Shown here piece by piece: positions 1 through 8,612 of a stretch of DNA of 19,118 nt. The notes beneath the pieces are model-generated. The model saw nothing but the letters and a program-made list of their open reading frames with translations. It was not told the origin of the DNA and ran no database searches. The stretch's first letter is position 1; each line of letters begins with the position of its first letter. Location of the stretch: NCBI RefSeq assembly GCF_006345805.1, contig NW_021824315.1, positions 1 to 19,118 of the forward strand, in the 5' to 3' direction. Origin of the DNA: Octopus sinensis (taxonomy: Eukaryota). The translations under genes were made by a program, and so were the position numbers.

Positions 1-65
1 ATGAATCGAAACCACCATCTCGCGATCGTGAGTCCCACACCCAGTCCACTAGGCCGCGTGCCTTC
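1..65 (-). mobile_element. tRNA-derived SINE head (family C), cut off by the window edge
   Basis: The reverse complement GAAGGCACGCGGCCTAGTGGACTGGG...CACGATCGCGAGATGGTGGTTTCGATTC has Pol III A-box-like (GGCCTAGTGG) and B-box-like (GGTTTCGATTC) motifs and resembles the head of the copy at 8244. Confidence 0.65.
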
Positions 66-580
66 ATACTTATACACATAAACACATACATATACACATA
101 CATAAACACACACATGTCTAGAGACATACTCACAAGAAAAAACACAGAAGAAAGAGAAGCTGTTATGCAGTAACTGTGTCTGCTAGAAATAGCAGGTGTA
201 AATTATACCCTACCTACCTACCAAGTATAAACAATGAAGAATACAGTATCAAGAAAGTGTTTTCCGCGTTTATTGAAGGCTGTGATCTGAAGGAAATTAA
301 GTTACTATTTCTGATAAATCAATCAACATTTTAAATGCTTTGCCTTTTTTTTTTTTTTGCTTTGTGTTGGCCATTATCAGTTGAATTCGATCCCGTCACT
401 CCTCTCTTTTGGATTGAATTGCAGATGAATGTATGGAATCGTTTGAGCATTGACCCACTTGACCACAGAAATTCGATTCTGCTGATGGTTCCTTACGAAC
501 CTGTAACTTCTTGGTTGCCTTATTTGCTTTGGCCATATACATTCTGAAATTAATTTATCTTTCCTTTTTATTTGTTTCAT

Positions 581-761
581 TTAACCCTTTAGCATTCAGA
601 TTACTCTGTCAAATGTAAAGCCTGTTTAATTACATTATTTTAAATTAATTGTACGGCATCTTGTAACTCTGAGATTTTGATGTTGTCCCTGTTTATTTTT
701 AGAATGACTTTGTAGGGTAGGTGTGAGAGGTCAGAGCTGGCTGGTTTGAGAATAAAACAGG
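581..761 (+). mobile_element. piggyBac-type MITE, left end only (3'-truncated)
   Basis: Begins TTAA|CCCTTTAGCATTCAG, i.e. a TTAA target followed by a CCC terminus, the piggyBac signature. The body resembles a repeat I recall from octopus DNA. No matching right TIR was found downstream. Confidence 0.55.
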
Positions 762-882
762 AAACTGGCTCAGTCTCTTCACCTGTATGAACCTACCTCT
801 CGTTAATCTAAGTATGGTAAGCTTTGTTGCCCACTTCTATCGTCCTGAACAATGAGTCATATCCGGATCTGTAAATACGTGT

Positions 883-887
883 GCGTA

Positions 888-945
<58 letters not shown>

Positions 946-990
946 TGTATGTGTGCGTGTGTGCGTGTGTGCGTGCGTGTGTGTGTGTGT
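883..990. repeat. compound (GA)n/(GT,GCGT)n microsatellite
   Basis: Directly visible. Confidence 0.95.
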
Positions 991-1401
991 TAAAAAAGCA
1001 AAAAGAAGAAAGTGCTTTGAAAACTTTATCGAGGATGAAGGTGAGTAAGCACTTAAATTCTTACCAAAACATGCCACCAGTTTCAACCGCTTTAAAAAGA
1101 CCATTTAGTCATTCTGAAATAAAAGGAGAACTAAATTTTAATAAATTAAATTGAATTAACCACATCAGTTTTTGAAGTCCACATACTTTTCATACAAAGA
1201 TCATCAGCTAATGATATTAATAAAACACAACTAAACGTTGTGTTTACATTATTATTATTATTATTATTATTTGATTTAAACGCTCACCTTATTTTGCTGG
1301 TTAAGATGGAATGTGTCAACGGTCCATAGCCATTAGACTAAGATCACACCTGTTTACTGGTCATGCTTCAAGGGCCCTATGAAGGATTCTTGCAGTTCCA
1401 A

Positions 1402-1474
1402 GTCGTCTTCATATTCTGAGTTCAAATTCCTCTGAGGTCGACTTTGCCTTTCATCCTTTCGTGATCGATAAAGT
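1402..1474 (+). mobile_element. SINE family B internal fragment
   Basis: TTCTGAGTTCAAATTCC...GAGGTCGACTTTGCCTTTCATCCTTTCG...TCGATAAA matches the reverse complement of the full copy at 13199-13429. Confidence 0.8.
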
Positions 1475-2124
1475 AAAAGTTATTAACTTGCTAAACTAAA
1501 ATCAGAAACCAATTGGTCCAGGAAATTAGATGGTAAAATGTTTTAATTTTTATTTCATGCCTGTCGATTTTATCCCTAATTTTGTGGTTATAGAACCTAG
1601 CTGTTCTTTCTAGCGTGTTGAATCCATTAGTGGATTCCTTATGTGTTTAAATGTACACTGTATTTTATGACTAATACATAGTCTTTGGGCTAAATCTTTA
1701 CACGTTAGGCCACTGGAAATGAAAATTTCTATTATTTTTCCATTTCCCTTTGATATGATAAATAATATATATATATATATTATATATAATATATATATAT
1801 GGAGGTAATGTATACATACCTACATAATACATACATGTGTGTATCACGTAAGACTAGAGATGAGAACGATGATTTCCCCTCTCAAAAACTAACCAGACAC
1901 AGGCATTGTGTCGTGAGCAAACTGGATGAGATGTCCTCCTGGTGCTAAAAAGAACACTAGCATCGTCCTCTATAGGATCTCCACATTTACTTGGGAAATT
2001 ATATTTCACGATTCCGTTCTGCTACTGTTTACTTCTCGCTCAGAGAGTTTGATATTGCTATATACGTGTGTGTGTGTGTGTATATATGTGTATATATAAT
2101 ATAATATATATATATTATATATAA

Positions 2125-2391
2125 TCACTTCACTTTCACTTTGACCGACCAGTCCGTCAGGCGCCCATTTGACACCGCTGGTCACAGCACGCTGTCCACT
2201 TGCCTCTCTGGATCGCGCCTTTCTCATTCAGCGTGATCCGATATCGTCCTCCTGAAATCGTAATATGCCACCGTCGTGGAGGTATTCCCGGGTGGTCTTT
2301 TCCGCCCACGCGGGTACCACTCGACAACTGCGTGCGTCCACCGATTATCGGTGAGCCGGGCGACGTGTCCAGGCCCATCTATACTTGCTGC
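2125..2391 (-). mobile_element. 5'-truncated RTE-clade LINE 3' end (frameshifted ORF C-terminus, short 3'UTR, AAGTGA-repeat tail)
   Basis: Minus-strand translation with two frameshifts gives KYRWA/GHVARLTDNRWTHAVVEWYPRGRKRPPG/PPRRW, the typical RTE C-terminal 'WAGHVAR...RW...W.PR..KR..GRP..RW' motif. The stop is at 2157-2159, followed by a ~30 nt UTR ending AAAGTGAAAGTGAAGTGA. Confidence 0.85.
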
Positions 2392-2406
2392 GTATATATA
2401 TACACA

Positions 2407-2535
2407 TACGACGGCTTCTTTCAGTTACCAAATCCACTCACGAGGATTTGAGCGACCTGAGGTTATAGTAAAAGACACATGTCTAAGGTATCACGCAACA
2501 GGAATGAATGTGGAACCATGTAGTTAGGAAGCCTA
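2407..2535 (-). mobile_element. SINE family A, diverged 5' half
   Basis: TACGACGGCTTCTTTCAGTT-ACCAAATCCACTCAC...GGAACCATGTAGTT aligns to 5603-5740 and to the reverse complement of 16764-16930. Confidence 0.8.
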
Positions 2536-2744
2536 CAGTCTGTTTCTTTATAACCTTCGAGATTATCTGAGAAATACTACACCAGTCCTCCAATGAAAAT
2601 TCATAACATCCCATGGCGTGAGGTCTGGCGAAAGCGATTTGCAGACACATTTCACTTATAGCTTTTGTTGTTACTCAATGCAGGATGGCTTCGTTGGCCA
2701 TAGCTGACAATAGGCCGCATCCGACCACATATTTTGGATTCTAT

Positions 2745-2886
2745 AAGGCGGCGAGATGGCATGGCCGAATCGTTACCGCGCCGGGCAAAAATGCTTAGGG
2801 GCGGCATTTGATTCGCCTTTAAGTTCTGAGTTCAACTTCCGACCCTGGTCGACTTTGTCTTTCATCTTTCCGGTCCGGCATCGATG
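2745..2886 (+). mobile_element. SINE family B, diverged 5' part
   Basis: AGGCGGCGAGATGGC...CCGGGCAAAAATGC...GTTCTGAGTTCAACTTCC...GGTCGACTTTGTCTTTCATC matches the reverse complement of 13300-13429. Confidence 0.8.
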
Positions 2887-2888
2887 AG

Positions 2889-3062
2889 GAAGAAGAAAGA
2901 GTAGAAGAAGAAGAAGAAGAAGAAGAAGAAGAAGAAGAAGAAGAAGAAGAAGGAGAAGAAGAAGAAGAAGAGGAAGAAGGAGAAGAAGGAGAAGAAGAAG
3001 AAGAAGAAGAAGAAGAAGAAGAAAAAGAAGAAAAAGAAGAAGAAGAAGAAGAAGAAGAAGAA
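2889..3062. repeat. (GAA)n trinucleotide tract
   Basis: Directly visible; it accounts for the poly-Ser ORF 2819-3199. Confidence 0.97.
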
Positions 3063-3258
3063 ATTATAATGATGGTGATGACGTGGAAGAAAAAGAAGCA
3101 GAAGATAATAACAACGATGACGACGACTATGGGGACGGTGAGGATTATAATGATGATGATGTGGTGGTGGAGGAGGAGGAGGAGGCAGAGGGTAAGCATG
3201 GAGATGAGAATGATGATGTTATGAAGGTAATGATGGTATGAGGAAGAAGGGGTGGGGT

Positions 3259-3308
<50 letters not shown>

Positions 3309-3310
3309 TG

Positions 3311-3372
<62 letters not shown>

Positions 3373-3541
3373 GATGATGAGGATGATGGTGATGATGTTG
3401 GTGGTGTTGGTAGTAGTGGTGGTGGTGGTGGTGGTGGTGATGATGATGTGTTAATGATAAAGATGATGACGATGAGGCAATGCTGATTATGATGATATTG
3501 ATGTTGACTACGGTGATGATGATGATGATGATGATGATGAT
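3063..3541. repeat. degenerate (GAT)n/(GGT)n trinucleotide tract
   Basis: Directly visible. Confidence 0.95.
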
Positions 3542-3814
3542 AACGACGCTGTAGTGTTACCATTGTTGTGAAAGCGAAGGATGCCACAACAGCGACTTTT
3601 TGCCAAACTCTGCCAGAGTCCACACCACGTGATGCAGCGTGTTCATTATTCTCTCGCCAAGACACCACACGCACCAATCAGAACCTAGAGCTATAGCGGA
3701 AGTAAACCGTACAGCGACAACAGCAACATCAACACCGAGAACAATAAAAATATGAATTGGTATCGGCGAGAGAAAACAAACCGAAACCGACTCATGCAGT
3801 TCCAGAACCAACCT

Positions 3815-4025
3815 CCGCCGCCACCACCACCACCACCACCACCACCACCACCATCATTATCATCATCACCATCTCTTTTCACTACTACCACCGCCGCCAA
3901 CACCCACCACCACCATCATCATCATCATCACCATCTCTTACACTACTACCACCGCCGCCACCACCACCATCATCATCATCATCATCATCATCATTATCAT
4001 CATCACCATCTCTTACACTACTACC

Positions 4026-4059
<34 letters not shown>

Positions 4060-4245
4060 TCATCATTATCATCATCACCATCTCTTACACTACTACCGCC
4101 GCCACCACCACCACCCATCATCATCATCATCATCATCATCATCATTATCATCATCACCATCTCTTACACTACTACCACCACCACCACCATTATCATCATC
4201 ATTATCATCATCACCATCACTTACACTTCTACCACCATCATCATG
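3815..4245. repeat. compound minisatellite: (CCA)n(TCA)n plus an ATCTCTTACACTACTA anchor, 6 units
   Basis: The anchor occurs at about 3871, 3933, 4008, 4080, 4159 and 4216 (spacing about 57-79 bp). Confidence 0.9.
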
Positions 4246-4525
4246 ATCGCCATCGCTACAACCGTGTCGATGATGACGACGACGACGACTACGATGGCAA
4301 CGACGAAGATAAGGTTTGCTGTCTCCGTCATCAAAAACCAACATGGCTACTGCGATAGCTACAACGTATGCACGCATGCGTACATACATACACATACACA
4401 CAATATTTTCCGTAAACATCGTTTTTATCATTGCTACCGAAATACCTTCACAAGGCACGAAAATACCTTCACATTCTCTACGCTCACCACCAAGTGAGCG
4501 TGTATATATCTGCGCGTGTGTTAAT

Positions 4526-4529
<4 letters not shown>

Positions 4530-4579
<50 letters not shown>

Positions 4580-4668
4580 ATATATATATATATCTATATT
4601 ATATGATTGTCCACCAGTCTCTCAATCTCTCTTCCTCTCTCTTTCCCTCTCCCCTTTCTGTCTCCCTT

Positions 4669-4703
<35 letters not shown>

Positions 4704-4851
4704 GATTCATATGTTTGTATGCAATACACACACACAAACACACACATATACAATCTAATATCTAAATAGACGTGCGCAGACAGAAACACACGCACATGTG
4801 TATATAAATGCATCGTAGAGAAATATTCAATTGTGTATACTACATTTATAT

Positions 4852-4926
<75 letters not shown>

Positions 4927-5040
4927 CGTACCACAGACGCCACCACGTATATATATATATATATATATTATATATTATATATATATTAATATATACATAC
5001 ACACAAACACAATAAAACAAATATATAGTAATATATACGA
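4530..5040. repeat. interrupted (TA)n, (CT)n and (CA)n microsatellite cluster
   Basis: Directly visible. Confidence 0.9.
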
Positions 5041-5349
5041 TTAAAAACAAATGCAAAATATACATCTGCCGATTATTCTAATTTACTCTCTAAAACTCGA
5101 ATATCAAAGTGCCAGAGGAGGAGGACATTGGCAGGAAGAGAAGCTTAACCATTCCAGTAAATGCATGGCAGAGCAACAATGGTAACAGCAGGAACTATAG
5201 TTGGAACAGCGTGTTTCCAGAAATCCGGAGCATTCTATCAGATGGCTCCTGTAATAGGTGATACCATATTAGGAAGACTATTGTATAAAGACTGAATATC
5301 GGGAGTGATGTAAGAGTGGATATGCGGGACAGAAGGCAGATTATATATT

Positions 5350-5564
5350 CTCTTTTAGCTCTTTTACTTGTTTCAGTCATTTGACTGCGGCCATGTTGGA
5401 GCACCGCCTTTTTTTAGTCGAGCAAATCGACTTATTCTTTGTAAGCCCAGTACTTATCCTATCGGTCACTTTTGCCGAACCGCTAAGTGACGGGGACGTA
5501 AACACACCAGCATCGGTTGTCAAGCAATGCTAGGGGGACAAACACAGACACACAAACACACACG

Positions 5565-5595
<31 letters not shown>

Positions 5596-5768
5596 GCATA
5601 TATACGACGGGCTTCTTTCAGTTTCCGCCCACCAAATCCACTCACAAGGCTTTGGTCGGCTCAGGGCTATATTAGAAGACACTTGTCCAAGGTGCCACGC
5701 AGTGAGACTGAACCCGGAACCATGTGGTTGGTAAGCAAGCTACTTACCACGCAGCCACTCCTGCGCCT
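5350..5768 (-). mobile_element. SINE family A, near full length, with internal (TA)/(CA) microsatellite
   Basis: The reverse complement starts AGGCGCAGGAGTGGCTGCGTGGTAAG (A-box-like) and contains GGTTCAGTCTC (B-box-like). The body, internal microsatellite and 3' part are colinear with 16764-17165. Confidence 0.92.
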
Positions 5769-6094
5769 TATTCATCTTTAATAAAATGTTCTTATGCATC
5801 TTTAATAATATTAATCTAAAAATATTTAAATCTAAAATAATGGCTGGCTATGTTCATTTTATAAAATCAAATAATAAAATCTATATATTTTAAGAATTTA
5901 TGGTGCAGTAGGAAATATAATTTTTAGAATTTCTATACACTATTATTAAAAAATAGATTAGCTATATTTTATTCACATACGAAACTCATTAAAACTTTTT
6001 TTTAATCAATGATTCATTAATTCTAAAGTTTCTGCTAAATACGCAGATTATTATAAGCTATACTATTTCTTACATAAAATAATATATAAATAAA

Positions 6095-6491
6095 CTAGCA
6101 GTATCGCCCGGCGTTGCTCGGTTTTGTAAGGGAAATAACTATATAAACATTTTTAGAGAGTTATAGCCAAAAAATAGCAAAAAAATGCATTAAAAATGGG
6201 AAAAAAATGATGGTAATTTTTTTTTTAAATCGTTGACTCATCGTAGACATTTTTAGAGAGTTACTTCCCTTTTTTAATAGCGAAAAAATGCATTAAAATG
6301 GAAAAAATGATGTTAATTTTTTTTTTAAATCGTAGACTCATCGTAGACGCGCGCTAATACCCAGAAGGGCTCGATATGAACCACGACTATAAGATACCCG
6401 GTTTTGGTTACACTGCACCGCAAAATGTGGGAGTATTAAGGAATCCAAATCGTAGGAGACAGACACACAACTTGACTTTTATATATAAAGA
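6095..6491 (-). mobile_element. non-autonomous Helitron, copy 1 (variant with internal duplication)
   Basis: On the minus strand it starts A|TCTTTATATATAAAA and ends with a CCGAGCAACGCCGGGCG hairpin and TACTGCTAG|T: 5'-TC, 3'-CTAG, subterminal hairpin, insertion between A and T, no TSD. Confidence 0.9.
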
Positions 6492-7380
6492 TTATCAGAA
6501 TTTTACTTAGTTTTACAGAAGAAAATAAGTAAGCCAATAGTTTTTTTTTTATTTCTGTAACTAGAAGTTCGAAAGAACGTAATATTATGATATATACTAA
6601 ATATTATAGGGTCTACAAGAAATATTCAAATATGCATAATTATTCAAAAAGATATGTAATTATACTTAAGGATAATTCTAATCTATTTATGCGAACTAAT
6701 ATATACATTATTCTTAGTAATTAACAAGTCAAAAACACAAATTTACTTCGCTTATGAGAGGAAAATAACGACTGTAAATCAATGTTTATGATTTTATACA
6801 TTCATTGCTCACGGAAAAAATAACCGGAAACACGCACTTACAATATAAATGAATTTAATTACCATTGGGCTGTTTATAAAATCATTTATATACTATTATT
6901 ATTAAATTTAATTTATACATTTATAATCATTTTCTATAAAGATGGTAGTATAATTAAAACAAATCTTAAATTTAACTACGAATATAATGATATAATTGGC
7001 ACTTAAGACAAATATATTATGCTGATTAATACTAAATTTCTTTATTAATCCACTGAAATATTATAAATATCTTGATTGATATACTAATTAAAAGCTACAC
7101 ATCATCGGTTTAAATTAAAACGTTAAAATCATTCAGTATTAATTACAAAATTTGCACTTAAATACAATTACGTTAGGGAAAGTTGTCGAATAAAGTTTGG
7201 GTAAATATCACAAGGAAAAACATTCTGTTCCCGTCATCGTCTCTAACTTTTACCACAACCTTATGCACCAATTGATTTTTAATTAAAAATAAAGATAGTA
7301 TCACTTTATTTATTCATCCATTAATTTATTTATCTATCTATTTATTTACATGTATACAAATTCAAATATATATATATATA

Positions 7381-7767
7381 TCTTTATATATAAAAGAGAG
7401 GTTGTGTGTCTGTCTGTCTCCTACGATTTATTCCTAACTACTCCCACATTTTGCGGTGCAGTTAACCAAAACCGGTATCTTATAGTCGTGATTCATATCG
7501 AGCCCTTCTGCGTATTAGCGCGCGTCTACGATGAGTCTACGATTTTAAAAATTACCATCAATTTTCCCATTTTTAATGCATTTTTGGCATATATAAGGGA
7601 AGTGACTCTAAAAATTTATTATTAAATCTCAGAACGTAAAAGCTACAGTAAAACACCCCCCCTTTGTGGTTAGCCTTTAAAATGGCTATTATACTTTTAC
7701 ATCTCTAAAAATGCTTTTATAGTTTATTTCCCTTACAAACCCGAGCAACGCCGGGCGATACTACTAG
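7381..7767 (+). mobile_element. non-autonomous Helitron, copy 2
   Basis: A|TCTTTATATATAAAA ... CCCGAGCAACGCCGGGCGATACTACTAG|T, inserted within a (TA)n tract and colinear with copy 3. Confidence 0.92.
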
Positions 7768-7801
7768 TATATATATATATATATATTATATATATATATA
7801 A

Positions 7802-8035
7802 TCAATCCCAACATGAACAAGCAAGAAAACACCACAACGTGAGGACATGGAGTAAGTACAGTGTTATTGGACGCTCAGGAAAGGAAAGAAAAGAAAGAGG
7901 ACTTCACGTTTCGAGCAGAGCTCTTCATCAGAAGTATAGGAAAAAGTCCAAAGAAGGGAAGACGGAGAAAGAAAATCGCCAACGATACACACGCGGTCAC
8001 ATATTGAAATGACCAGAATATATGAATATATGGTA
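7802..8035 (-). mobile_element. Penelope-like element terminal (pLTR-type) fragment
   Basis: Carries a CTGATGA...CGAAACGT hammerhead-type motif followed by TCCTGAGCGT, which is shared with the fragment at 9984-10098. The Penelope-like assignment rests on the known association of such motifs with that group. Confidence 0.6.
7901..7935 (-). ncRNA. minimal type I hammerhead ribozyme motif (predicted inactive, G at position 17)
   Basis: Minus strand: ACTT-CTGATGA-A-GAGC-TCT-GCTC-GAAA-CG-T-G-AAGT. It has both conserved core segments, a 4-bp stem II, a palindromic ACGT stem III and an ACTT/AAGT stem I. Confidence 0.7.
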
Positions 8036-8145
8036 CATATGCACACTTATACAAATATACTTAGATATGCACGTATATATATAGATTTATATATATTTAT
8101 ATATATATATATATATAATATATATATATACATATATATCTATAC

Positions 8146-8188
<43 letters not shown>

Positions 8189-8243
8189 AAATATATATTA
8201 TATATAATAGATATATATTAATGGTGTGGTGGTGTGTGTGTGT

Positions 8244-8502
8244 CAAGGTGCGTGATTAGGATGTAACACTCCACGATCGAAAGATTGTTGGTTTGATTTT
8301 CTGATTGGAAGCCCGCGTGGTTCTTGAGAAAAACGCATAATTTCACATTACTTCAGTCCCCCTTCGATCAAGGGCGAATGTTGGATTGCTCGCCTAGTTA
8401 CCGGGGTGGCATCATTTGAAGGCTAAAACAATGCAAATGCGCATTGTGGCCAACGATGTGTATAACGTCTGATAGCTTGGTCGGTCACGTACTCACGTGA
8501 TA
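8244..8502 (+). mobile_element. SINE family C, diverged near-full copy
   Basis: Degenerate tRNA-like head similar to the reverse complement of 1-65, a body (GGGGTGGCATCATTTGAAGGCTAAAACAATGC) I recall from octopus repeats, and a CACGT(G/A) repeat tail. Confidence 0.7.
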
Positions 8503-8612
8503 TATAATATTCATGTTATATTAATATATATAGACACACGCACATATACATATATATATATGATATATATTGTATATATATATATATATATCTACATATA
8601 TATATATAAATA

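Noticed and set aside
176-314. Short inverted fragments (CTGCTAGAAATAGCAG and its reverse complement near 276-314; similar at about 15651)
   Set aside because: Probably remnants of another SINE tail, but too short and diverged to delimit as features.
1031-1050. Strong-looking splice donor AAG|GTGAGT
   Set aside because: There is no upstream acceptor (the flank is GA/GT microsatellite) and no recognisable peptide; such 9-mers occur by chance.
2125-2145. CACTTCACTTTCACTTT resembling the BovB/Bov-A end motif
   Set aside because: Relative to the RTE ORF it lies in the opposite orientation to the ruminant motif as I recall it, so it is treated as coincidental.
2608-2631. Minus-strand SPDLTPWD, resembling the Tc1/mariner SPDL.P.D motif
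   Set aside because: The flanking codons do not continue the motif and there are no TIRs; it is too short to call.
3815-4245. Regularly spaced repeat suggestive of a CRISPR array
   Set aside because: The 'spacers' are themselves simple repeats, the context is eukaryotic, and there are no cas genes.
2819-4497. Long ORFs rich in poly-Ser, His, Pro, Thr or Asp
   Set aside because: They are translations of trinucleotide tracts that are open in several frames on both strands, with no domain or splice support.
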